Shown: in pieces, positions 1-13,195 of the stretch
How positions within the stretch are numbered: the stretch's first letter is position 1
Layout: the number at the start of each line of letters is the position of its first letter
Source of the DNA: Bugula neritina
Taxonomy: Eukaryota; Animalia; Bryozoa
DNA length: 64,000 bases
NCBI GenBank assembly: GCA_964035545.1
Contig: OZ037769.1
Coordinates: 11,314,633 to 11,378,632, forward strand
Direction: 5' to 3'
Position numbers and translations under genes: made by a program
The notes under the pieces: generated by a model
Told to the model about the DNA's origin: nothing
Databases searched by the model: none
What the model saw: the letters and a program-made list of their open reading frames with translations, nothing else

Positions 1-620
1 AAAATAATAGGCTAATAATAATACTACACTTTATATAATGACAATGATTATCATTATGATTATATTATTATTATTAATATTAATAATTAATTTAATACTA
101 AAATATTAATTAACATAATACTAATACTTATACTTATACCAAGTTTAATAGTAATAGTAATACTAATAGACAATAGACATAGTAATAGAACTAGTAGCAC
201 TAAGTTTAATAGCTATACTAATAGTATTACATTTACTATTAGTATTAATATTAGTATTAGTAATATAATTATAATTATAATAAATGTAATTCAATACCTA
301 AAGTTAAAATGATATCGTAATCTATAAGTTATTATATAATTATCACTATAACTATAAGTATAAGTATATTAATTATTATTTATATTATTAATTAAACGCT
401 ATTAGTATTACTATTAGTATTAGTAAAAGTGATACTATTACTATTAGTATTACAGCATTACTATTACTATTGAGTATTAGTATTACTATTAGTATTAGTA
501 TTACTATTAGTATTATTAATATTTCTATTAATATTAATATTATTATTTATTAAATTTAATCGTTAATATGATTTAGATTATTATTTTAATCGACAATTAT
601 TTAGTTTAAAAATGTTATTA
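1..620. repeat. Degenerate period-3/6 low-complexity tract (TAGTAT/TACTAT); similar tracts at 11480-12130, 12940-13140 and 40310-40800
   Basis: Direct reading. Confidence 0.8.
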
Positions 621-2034
621 ATAATTTATAAGCAGATTGAGCTTACCCATCTCTAGCTTTATTTGTTATATTGGAAAGTCGAAGTGAGAATTTTAGGTTC
701 AAGCAAAAAGATATAAGCTGTTCAGTTGAAGGGGTGTACTTGTAGAGTTGAAGATATCACGTTGGTTGCGAGGGATGAAATAGACTAAGTACTTAACACG
801 TTGCCGAGGTTTTCTTAATGCAAGATTATTTTAATTTTAGAGTTGTGTCATTTTTCAACTAAAACCTATGCTTCGTGCATACACAAAAGTATTACGCAGC
901 GATTACTAAAAAAATTGCTCGGTTAAGTACTTTTCCGCCGTTTTTGCAGAAATTTCCGCTTTTCCGTTTACGCAGTTTACAAAAACCGTGTTGGACAACC
1001 CTGTTATGGAATAATATGAGCTGCTACAATAATCTAGTAAGTAGGCAATAGGCCAGGTCAATGTATGGACTTCACTAGACATCTTGCAGACTCTGTTTTA
1101 CATGCTTAATTTCAACAAGACTGCTGCAATTCCTTATGTTGAATTGAGCAATTGTACAGTGAAACAAAACTGTTATTTTTTGTTCAACAACTCTGTTTGG
1201 CATTTAATCTGATTTATTGTTCCAATTAAATAAGCATTAGCTGCCTTTGTAATCAAATTAAATTGATATAGAAATAAGATGGCTATTGCTAGGCAGCACA
1301 CAATGTGCAGTGGAGGTGATTGATGTCTCAAGAATGTTTAATTAACATTTGGATACATTTTAATCAGAGGTAAGGCATGTTGTATATATTGAGTTCTAAA
1401 AATAGCTGTGCATAGGAAGTTTTTATCACTACTCCTGCTGTATAAACAGTTAAATGCTGATATAAACTTTTCAAACAGCTTAGTTTGTCATTTAAAGATA
1501 GGAAAGCAGTGGGAGAATTTAAATATAGATCTAATCAAGTGGCCAAACAGGTTGGCATGGGATGCTTTCATTAGGTGAGATTTTATAACTTTGTGCACCA
1601 ATATATCATACTAACGTACAAATGTGCCATTTTAGAGCATGTAGCTGTAATATAACACTAATAGCAATAGCAACACTAATAGTGATGTATGATACAATGC
1701 ATACAGCAGTATATAATATAATGTAATTACAATTGACATTATTGTTTTCATTTTAGGACGCTTATATACCATATTAAATGTCTATACACTATATGGTATG
1801 CATCTAGTTTATTATAGGTTTCATAGAACTGAATTATATAATTAAATGAACTGGATAACTCATCATTCACATGATATGAAATACTATTTAATAATTAATC
1901 AACGGAACTGTTTAGGATTCTGGGATGTTATATATGAAGATAATTAATTTATAAGAATGCATGTCAGTGTTACATTTCTGTAACACAAGAATATTTGTAA
2001 ACATTAACTTTGTTTTTAGACGTTTTAAACAACA

Positions 2035-2130
2035 TTGAGTTACTATATATACTACATGACCCTATATTGAGTTACTATATATACTACATTGCTCTATATT
2101 GAGTTACTATATATACTACATTGCTCTATA
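2035..2130. repeat. 32-bp tandem repeat x3
   Basis: TTGAGTTACTATATATACTACATTGCTCTATA units. Confidence 0.85.
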
Positions 2131-3445
2131 CATTAAGTTACAATTAAGCTCTTCTTTTAAGATGCCATCATTTCAGTAGAACATAAGCAGCTAAATATCT
2201 TATTTACCCAGTTTCTTCACAACACACTCTAACTTTGGCTCCCCCCCCCCCCCCCCTCAAGAGTTGATTTTATAATTGAAAATGTAGCTCATAGACTTCT
2301 AAAGTCAAACTATAAAATATCAGTAAACAAACCCAAAAGTGCTAAGCTAGTTCACATGTCAACAAAATTGCCTATTGCTACATAAGTTAGTTAATGCAGT
2401 AATAATTATCAATCATGCAGCCCATATTATTTGCTGATTTTCCAAAGCATTAAATATTAGGCAGTTCTATATTTTCAGCTTTTTCAGCAGTTACTGTTTA
2501 TAAGAATGGCTGTTGTTATATAACATATTCCTTACTCACAATTTAATTGTAATATTTACTATGACACAGTTGAAAGATAATGCAATTACCCTCTCTTCAC
2601 AGCATACAAACATGGGGCACTATAACAACTAACTTTATTTATAGACTTGATTGAACTGAACATTTCACAGCTGTAGGTTTATTTAGCAAACATCACCTTT
2701 CAGCTTGCTGCTCTCTTGTTAATATTAACAATAATATTGTTTTATTGATTACTATTATGCCTATACTGTATCAATTGCTAGGCAATGTAATAGCCATTTA
2801 TTAGGCTGTACTTCATCACAACTATTTCTTGCAATAGACCCTATTGAACATGCATTGAACAGTGATTAAGTGAAAACATTGCTTGAGTTAATTAACCAGT
2901 AATTATTAGATAATCACCACGAGCTTTGCATTGACACTGAATGTAGCAGCAACTAGTAGAAGTCTTGTCATTGCAACATAATGATATACTAGCATACTGC
3001 GAGGAAAGGTTTGTAGATATATAAATTATAATGCTTTAGAAAGCTATTTGTATTCTTATATTAGCAAAGTAATTGCAGTATATTGTAGAATTAAACTATT
3101 GAAGTAAAAAATTTACTGCCACAAAGTATGTAAATTTATGCTTTTTTAAATTGGTAATGTTATGTAATCAAGATTGGCAATAACTTTCAAATATGTCAAT
3201 TTATTTTATTAATAGATAACTATGAATAGATTATATGTTATAGTCATAAATGAATGCAATCTATATTATGCCACAAACTGTCTGAAAATTAAATAAAGCA
3301 TATAAAAGCAACTATGATAGCTAAGACACTTGTCATTTGATAGGTAGCTTCATTTTTTGTTTATTACATAACATGATGTGGATAACATTTATTTGCAGCA
3401 TTGGACTAGATATACTACAAAAGAAAATATAGCCAAAGTTTAAAC

Positions 3446-6400
3446 ATGAATGAAGTAGATGAGAATGGGTGGGCCCATATCCATCATGCCTCAAAGAAAG
3501 GTTCAACACAACATAATTTGTAGAAATAATGGAACTTCTGCATCTTTCGATGATTGTAGCGTTGTTATTATTTTCACACTATGGTTTAATGATTTGTTTT
3601 ACAGTAATTTACATTGCAGCTAAGGCATAAAGACATTAAAGGTTACATGATCTTGTGTGAAAATGAAATTCTTTAAACCTGGTAATTGAAGCAGACAAAG
3701 CGCTATAGTCAGTTTATTGTAATCACATTTTTCTAACTAGGATATTTCAAATCTGTGGAGAAGTTTGTAAAGAACACAGAGGGGCAGTTGGAGTTTGAGA
3801 CTCAAGATGAGTTGCATGAAACTCCACTTCTGATTTCTGCCAGAGCTGGAATAGCCAACATTGAGACCATAAACATCCTGATTGAGTGCGGAGGTAAGCC
3901 AATAACACAACAACACATCAGATGTTTTACTGCTCAAACTGCATTTAATTGTAAATTATTATATATTAAGTGGAGTTTAGAGCTGTTCATACTTGGCTAA
4001 AAGTCTCGGCTTTGTGTTGGCGAGGAAAGAAACTTGTTGAAGTAGTAACCATACACAGAGTAAATTTCTTATATAAAGCCCACTGATCTGCAGTAATACT
4101 TTTATGTTTATAAGATTATACTTTGTTTTGACTAAATGACAAGTGAGTCTGCTTATTACTGCATGTTGGTATGACATGCACTTATTCAAAATACATATCG
4201 AATTGTAAATATGAAAATGGGAATACTTGTTTATTATGTTTTCTCTATATATGTTACATTCTGTATAAAATTTTATAGAGGTATGTTATTTTTTATCTTT
4301 AGCTAATCTGATTGCGAAGAACACATTAAACCATGGCATTGTGGAGATATGCTGCATGGAGGGTCACACCGAGCTGTTGGAACACTTTATTAAGTTGGCA
4401 CATGAGGACGTTCCTGTCTGGAAGCACATGCTGAAGCTTGTCACTTCTACTTCTGAAGAGGAAGCTGCAGCTGCTGGCAACTGTCTTGCTATTTTGACTA
4501 AACCAGGTAAGTGTCAGCAAGTGCTGCTTATCACTGCGCTTCCATGCTTCAATGGATCTGTACAGAATGCTCTTACGATGGATTTGTGGTTGCAGTTGCA
4601 TTAACCTATGGTTGTGGTTTCCTTCGATTGACACTGTTCCCACACATCCAATACAAAATCCATTCACATACTTCTAAGCATGGGGACATAATGTATAGCT
4701 GCTTATAGTTATCAGTTTAAAACTTTTACATTGTTTATTCGGTTGTATTTATGTTTGTTTCCAGATGAAGATGGCAACGTGAATGATTACTGGAAAGTTG
4801 TGTTTGATCACCAAGCTGTACCAATACTGACAAAGGTGGTGAAAAGTGAAATAGGTGATAAAGCCAAAGCAAATGCTCTTCAATGCATCATTAACATCCT
4901 CCCACAGATGGAAGTAAAAGATCAGCTTGTTGCTAATGGTGGCATTGACACATTTGTCAGACACTTGACCAAATCAAAAACCGGATTTATTATTCAAAAA
5001 ACATCGACTGCAATATCCATTTTGTGTACAGTGACAAAATATGCAGACCAAGCTGCTGGAAAGGGTGTTTTACCAGCTTTAGTTAACATTCTGAACAATC
5101 CATATGAACCTGAAGTTCTTGACGAATCAGTCAACGCGATTGGAGTGGTGTGCGAGTTGAGTGAACCACGACAGACATTGTTCTACAACACAGCCAACAG
5201 TATCGACTTTCTTTGTAATTTGCTGAAAGAGGCGATAAACCCACAACTAATACTTGGTCTGCACAAATGCATCTGTCGTATTACTAGACACCATGAAGTA
5301 AATCAGAATGCTATTGCAGACGTACAAGACATAGTTTTTACAATCATAGCATTTTGCTCTTCCAAAAACAAAGACATACAGTTGAGTGCTGTTGATGCTA
5401 TCCATATGCTGGCAGACGGCAACAATTACACGCAACAGATTCTCATCCAAGAAGGTGCTATTAATCCGCTAATGTTGTTGCTCAGAAGAAGCAAGAACCA
5501 AAATGTACAAGAGAAAACGGCCAGCTCACTGTGGGCACTGGCAGGAAGTGGTATAGAAGAACGCCGAGCAATGGCCGCTAGAATGGAGGTGAATCAGCTG
5601 ATTGAATTTCTGAGCTCTTTGTCGGAGATTCTCAAATATATTGGATCAGAAGGTTTGGGTGTTTTAGCACAAGGCGCTCACAATCGGCAAGATGAAATCG
5701 CAAATGCAAATGGCGTTTATCCTCTAGTAAGAATATTAAAAGAGCCTAAAGAGTATCTCGTACTGAGTGCCATCAGGAGTCTGCGTCACCTTTGTGTGTC
5801 GGTTGGCTACGCCCCTCATAAGAGAAACCAATGCACTACAGCGCAGGCTAGAGGAGTCAAGTATCTCATTGCATTGATGACCCTCAGCAAGAGTGAACTG
5901 ATACAAGTAGAGGCGGCCTTGACCTTAGCTAGTGCTGCTTTAGGTATGTATGACATAGTCTATAATCACTGTATTGCTGAGAAGCTCAAAACTTCTCTAT
6001 GTGACTGCAACTGGAGCATTGCAAAAACCCTTATAACAGATACATCAACATTATGTTAGTGTTCTTTATCTAAAGAAAGCTTAATCAACGCCAAAAGTAT
6101 ATAATTATATAAAACAACTTATAACGTTGGTCATCTGTAACTTGTAGGTTGGTAAATATTATTTTTATGGGCACGATTCTAATAGCTCGAAAATACAGTT
6201 TAAAATACGTGCACAAACACATTTTACAGCTGAAATGCAAGAGTACAGGATTAAAAAAAAATTTATGTCAAGTAAAATGAAAAATTTGAGTTAATGCATG
6301 AAATTATGAAACATTGATAAATTATTTTGGCGTTTAAAAATGTTATATAAATTTTTCTTTTGAACTAACAAATACTCAACTATTCTCGTTGTATTACAGC

Positions 6401-9400
6401 TAACCAGGAAGTCTTTGATGAAATATGGAGTGGCAATCAGAACATAGAGTTCAGCTATGTCAGAGTTTTGAAGTTACTTTACTCTAAAGAAGACATAGTC
6501 AGGTAAAGCATATGATGCCATGCTGTCATATATTCCATATTATACTCTATGTGATTAAACACTATCTTTTGTACAGTTCTGTTTCAAACTTTGCTGAATC
6601 AAAGTATGATACTTGGTAAAGCCATTTTATATTAATTCATCATTTACTTGCAAAACCATTATATAGCCTTTTATTATCAACATTAGAGCTTTACGCACAA
6701 CATCATTAGCCTATGCTACATAGTGCATAGTTTAGATTGAACTTAGACTAAAGTATAACCTTCAGTTCAATTTTATACTCTTATGTTTTAATACGGGAGT
6801 CCCCACATATATATCAACATGTCCCCTAACAATAGGTTACTGGCTGGTGGAGCACTCGCTACCTTTGCATTCAACAACATGGCTCAACAGCAGGCGATAG
6901 CAGCTGAAGGCGGAGTCAGATTCAGCTGTTTCCTAGACTTCCTGCGCAGTGACGATGAGTTCTTTAGATGTAATGCTGCATTTCAGGTTCCTTGCTATAT
7001 GCTATATACACCATAACATACCACTATTTATATTGAATAAACACCTGTAGAATATTATACCTTGTTGACAATATTGGTAATCAATATACTTGTTCACAAA
7101 CCTATTGATTTGGACAACATTACCTATAATTATCACCCGACAATAAATATATTCGTTGTATGTGCAGGCCATCGTGCTGTCTCGAGTTATTCCTGATGAA
7201 GAGCAAGCAGTCATATCAGCAGCTGGAATTAAACTCATATCTGACATCCTGAATGAGTCTCGTAGTCCTGTTATTCAATCCTTAGCCGCTGACTGTATTG
7301 CTAGACTGGCTCATACAAGGGCAGGTGAGCTTTACCCCTCATTGCCAGTGGTCCTAGAGCTAGGCGTTAAGAGTCGTCTACACCTAACATGTCTTCATTT
7401 TGTGTGTCAGCCACAAATATTTTGATGATTCTGTTGAAAGAATTCTGAAACAACTAGCAGCTGGTTGTTCATTTAAGGGCAGTAGTGAAGAAATTGAGAG
7501 AGCCTAAGTTCTTTAAAATTATTATTAAGTTTCGGTTTGGGGCGCGGGCTAAAGTGCTTGTGAGAACATAACTTCTTATGCTACATTTCTAATCTTAGAG
7601 CACAGGCTTTTCTCAATCGCTCCATTACTACACCTACCTCTGATTGTTTCAGTTGCATCCTACCTTTACTTACATTTTGCATTGTTCCTTACGAAAACTA
7701 ACATTATTTGATCCATCAATTTTTATAAATCGCATTTTCCAATAATAACATACATTGGGAAACTGAATACTAGGCATGGTTGCTCTAATAATTTTTTCCT
7801 TTTTAGATAAACGTTCAGGTAAACATTTGACATAATACAATGCTATGTTTTTAAGTATAATATTATATCGTTTGGCTACATGATTGTATTCTACGTGTAT
7901 TCTGTGTAATTTACACACATACATGCACACCTAATACACATGTAATAACAAACAAGATAAACTGAGGTTTTATATAAGTTGTAGTCTGCAAAGTAGGGGT
8001 GCTCAACGGCTTTTGAAAACTTTTAATGACTGAAATGTGTCAAAGATCCTACACAAAGTCTTGTTTTGTATTTAACAAAGCATATCAGGAGTTATCTCAT
8101 TTCGGCTTTAACTTCTGATAGATTCAGAGTCCAAACACCACCACCTTCTAAATAAAATTGGTCATACTTGAATTCATGGGGTTATAGAAAAGACTTACTA
8201 AATGGTATATGGTTTTTGGACATTGACAATTAATGTAGAAGCCGTATCAACAATAAACTCCTCTGCAAAAGCCAGTACTGGTACTAACAGTGCTGGATGT
8301 ATCAATGATCATGATTGGTTGGATTTAATGGTAGCTTCTAGAAAAATGTGAAGCCAACATGTCAGCCCAACTATTACTGACATGAGTTGAGTACCTCTGC
8401 TGTAGATTATACTATATTATTAAGTTAAGAGTAGAGGGTAGTCACTATTTGGATGACTGTTTGGTTTTATTAGAAAGTACGTGGTGTTAGGCACAGACTC
8501 ATATAGTAGATGTTTGTGAATTTGGTTATGTATTTATTTTCATAACAGGAGTTATATTATGTTTCATATTTCAAACCCATAAGTAATATGTTTCGTATGT
8601 CAAATACTTGTTTTAAATGCTTTTTAGTATAACTATTGTGTTCAAACCTAAAACTCTCACTGCATCACTTAAAAGACATATAGCACTAACTATTTGCTGT
8701 TCAATGTATTTCAGGCATTCCGTCTGCGTTTGTCGCAATCAACACTGTGAACAAGCTGTGTGATCTCATGCTGTCGGACTACTCACAAGTTAGAGGCTGC
8801 ACTGCCATTGCGTTAGCTTTTCTTTCCTTCAATCACAAAGCTGAACGTGAGCTTCTTAACAGGTAAGGACTACTCTGTTTTATTTCTCCTCCACCTGGTC
8901 TACCCTTCACCGAGTCACCAGCTCAACATACTTACATTGTCATAAAATGTATTCATAGTAGCTATAATATATTATTTAAAGACATAATATTCAAATGCAT
9001 GTAATGCTGGAGTAACAGTTTATTAGGAGACTAATAATTTTTCAGATGCCGAGTTGACCCATATCTCATCAAATGTCTTTTCTACTACGCTGACAAAGAC
9101 AGGGTGTCACCTCAGTTTTTAAACGAATGGAAGCACTACAAGAGAATCGGTCTACCACCCATCAGGTAAATATTTGGCAATACATGATTGGTGCAGTTGT
9201 GAGGGTTGTGTGCTCTCTGCACTACTAAAGTGAGGAAATCCTCACTTGATGCTAATTCTACATATAGCATATAGAACATGATAATTGATAGCATATAAGA
9301 ATAGAGTATATTAATGGCTAAAATATATAAGAATATAATATATAATAAAATAGAATACAATAATAGTATACAAGAATAAAATATATAATAATATATTATA

Positions 9401-9960
9401 TACAATATAGGAATGAAATAAAAGAATGAAGCATAAGCTAGGATACAATATATGTATGTAAGAATATAGTCTGATGTATAACAATAGAATAATTTAAGGG
9501 TATATAAGAATACAATAAAATATATAAGAATATATTATCTAAGAATAGCATATAATATAATTTAGGAATAGTATATAAAGTAGTATATAATTATAGTATA
9601 TAATAATAGAATGAAAATAATATATACAAGAATAGAATAGAATAGTATATAAGCATAGTGTATAAGAATTCATCATCAGCTAACCTTTTGACTATAAATT
9701 ACAGTGAAGGAAGGCCTTCTCTGGTGAGTCAGCAGGGATATCACAGAATAGACACAACTACTGACAAACCAAATGGCAACAGAAGATCCAGTGTAAGCAA
9801 GTCTAATGTATTGAACAGCAGCAATAACTCCCTCAGTCACTCGCAGCTGCACGAGGAAGATGAGGGGGGTTCAGCCAACGTCTCCGTAATTGGTAATAGT
9901 ATGGCTGCTGACAAAATCTCTAACCGCTCACACTCCAGATCTGTTACTGTAGCTGACTGA
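3446..9960 (+). CDS. ANKAR: Ankyrin and armadillo repeat-containing protein (ANKAR-like), 10 coding exons, ~841 aa
   Basis: GT-AG exons 3446-3500, 3741-3893, 4303-4506, 4765-5943, 6400-6502, 6836-6986, 7168-7324, 8715-8862, 9046-9165, 9705-9960 join in frame (2526 nt). N-terminal ankyrin repeats (DENGWAHIHHASKKG, ETPLLISARAG) are followed by ARM repeats (QEGAINPLMLLL..VQEKTASSLWALAG). The start codon is uncertain and orthology versus paralogy was not tested. Confidence 0.8.
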
Positions 9961-12133
9961 GAGTTCTGTGACTGTTTGGAGTGGCGTAGAATAAAGTCAG
10001 CTAGAGAGATACTATTGCGTGGTGTCTTGGTTTGAGTAAAGAAGTTACAAATTATATTGAGTTTTTATGACATAAAAGCATCAAGGAAAATGAAGATGCA
10101 TACTAACGAATCAACTATATAGCATGATTTACTTGAATAGCATATGTTCAGTATATATGCAGGTCAAATTATTGGAGTGTTTTAAATTTTATTCATGTGA
10201 AATATTTTGTACTACATATAAGATATTTTTAGAGAGGTTTTTCAAAATGATGTGATGTCTGTGTAAGTTTTAAGCATATATATATGTAACATACCGATTA
10301 GCTCTTCCAAATGTACCAGCAGTTATGAATTAGTAATTCCAGTTAATAAATATTGTGTGTGTAACAACTTATATATAAATGAGTTTCAGCATTAGCTATT
10401 GAGAGTTGTCTTTTGTGCAGATCTAAAATAAATGTAACTGAAGTTTAAACTTTGAACTTTTAAGTCAGGTCAGTTATTAAGCTGTTGTATTGCAGCAGCT
10501 AAAAATAGCATGCAATGAAATGTAGCTACAATTAGTCTAAGTTTTATAATAGCCAAATCCCTAATCAATTCAGCCCATAAGTGCACAAAATTCATTATAA
10601 AACAAAAGTGTTTGAGCATACAACCCCTGAAACATTATGTAGATGAAAGCTAATATATTATATAAGAATATTTTAAACTGTGTAAGTACGTGAAGCATGT
10701 CATGGATTCTAATAGCAATATTCTGCTTTATATCTTAATTTATTGCATCTATTCAAATCGACAAAAAATATTGCTGATTTCCTCAAGCTCTTATAGTCAT
10801 ATACCGCACTACTTTTAGAGTTGTAAAGTGTAGCGTTTATAAATATTATAATATTTAACTATAAACTACTTTTAGAACAATAGCTGCATGGCTGGGTTGC
10901 AGTTACTATCACCTTTCTTTGGTAATATACAGAATATAAATTGGCACTTTATGAACTTGAATTCAGGCAACTAAAGAAAGCACAGTGGTCTTAAAAAAAG
11001 AGTTGAGCAGTAACCGTACATGAGCAAGTTTGCAATAGTCAGTCGCCTTATCACTCATGTCTACCAAACAAAAGGCATATAATTCATATAAAGGTACACA
11101 GGCTTCGATAGGCTATCGTACAAATTTTTATTCCGTTACTAGAACGAAGTTTAAAACTACGGAGTTATCCTCTACCTGACATGTTATAGCTTAGATAGGC
11201 ACAAATGCAGGTAATAAGTTTGAACAAAAAAGTCAACTATTTTAAATAGGTAATTCTGCATATTACTGCTTAAATGCAATAAACGTGAGTGTTGAATGGA
11301 AGGATCGAAAAAGAAACAAAAACTGTAATTACGTGTAAATTAGTTAATTACCGTGAGAGTGATCAACGAACTTGTTTATACTATTTTCAGCACATCTAAA
11401 ATTCTGTTTAAATACTATTAAAATATGTATTTGTTTTTTTATAAGCTATAAGGCTATTTAAGTATTTAATTTTAACTACTCCTACTAGTACTACAATGAT
11501 TTTCTAGTATTACTTTTACTATTACTATTACTATTAGTATTACTATTACTATTAGACTTAGTATTAGTATTACTATTACTATTACGATTAGTATTAAATT
11601 TAATAATTATAATAATTAATATTAAATTTAATAATTATTATAATAATAATATTAATATTAATAATTGCCTATTAGTATCACTATCAGACTCAGTCTCACT
11701 CTCAGACTTCAGTATGACTATGAGTGTATCACACTTACAGTTTCACTGACTCTGAATCTGACAGTGACACTTATCACTTAAAGTTAAAGTTAATCTTAGG
11801 AATTTCTCTTACTCATACTCATAGTCTTAGTCTAAGTCTTGCTCTTAGACTTACTCTTATTCTTAAGTCTTAGAGTTAGACTTAGAGTTAGTTGTACTCT
11901 TAGTCTTACTACGTCTACTAGTACTACTATTGATAATTGAGTAATACTATTAGTATTACTATTACTATTAGATTTAGTATTGGGCTACTAGTATTACTAT
12001 TACTATTAGTATTTCACTATTACTAAATTGGTATTACTATTGCCATTGGTATTATTACTAGTTTTAGAATTACATTTACTATTGTCTATCACTATCAGTA
12101 TTTGTATTGCATTTACTATTACATTTACTGTTA

Positions 12134-12939
12134 GTGTAGGGCCACACAATGCGTTTTACACGAGCGTGACGTGCGAGAAATCCCATTTAGCCTAGGGCCA
12201 CACGGTGCGTATTTTCGCATGCGAAAATTGAAATCACAAGTAGCAAAGGTGTCCACTGTGCGCGTTGAGAAAACCTTCGCACTTGTCGCTCTGCATTCTC
12301 AACGCAAGTGCGAATCGTCTCTGTCGTCGTCACCTAATTGGCTGATAGTTATTCAGCGAGCCCAACTTCTTTATTTTAGTGCTATATTCCAGTAAATTGC
12401 GTTTTATTGAAAGCGAGTGTGATTTAAAAATGAAAGCTTTATTTATCACGCATCACTGACGCTACAGTGGACACCTTTGCTACTTGTGATTTCAATTTTC
12501 GCATGCGAAAATACGCACCGTGTGGCCCTAGGCTAAGCCCAAAAATTGGACGTTGCGTGCGGATTTTCAAGCGTCTAACATGCTAAGCGAGAAGTGCGAC
12601 ACGCTCGTGCGTGTTTGATCTAATTGATCTAATTACCATGTAATATTTAGCGAGCACATTTTTTAATTCTAATTTATGATTTAACTTCTAGCGAGCTGAA
12701 TTAAAACAGTGTCATATAGCTTGCATTTCCGCTTTTATAATATCCAAATCACTTTGTCGATGATGTAGTTTAAAAACAAACGTCTGTAGGCAAGCAGTAA
12801 AGTTTAACGCTAACATCATTAGCTAATAAATTTTTGCACTCGCAACAAACGAACCCTGTGTGGCAGGTCACTAGCGTGTATTCTAAATGGGATTTCTCGC
12901 ACGTCACGCTTGTGTAAAACGAGTCGTGTGGCCCTACAC
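12134..12939. mobile_element. MITE, PIF/Harbinger-like (outer element)
   Basis: ~57-bp imperfect TIRs starting GTGTAGGGCCACAC. TTA on both sides (12131-12133, 12940-12942). Confidence 0.85.
12190..12533. mobile_element. MITE nested in a related MITE (inner element)
   Basis: ~70-bp perfect TIRs GCCTAGGGCCACACGGTGCG...GTCCACTGT, flanked by TTA / TAA. Confidence 0.85.
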
Positions 12940-13195
12940 TTAGTGTTACACTTATTGTTAGCATTACTATTAGTATTAGTATTATTAGCATTACTAACAC
13001 TAATACTATTAGAATTAGTAATACTAATAGTAATAGTATTGAATCTGATATTAAATTTAATATTATTATTACATTTTGTGATTTGTCTTCGTACTCACTC
13101 ACAGTCACACTAAATCTGATTGAGATTATCATTAGTTGATAATTATTACCTTCAGTTGGTCATTAATTTTACAGTTAATGTGATTAACGGTCAAA

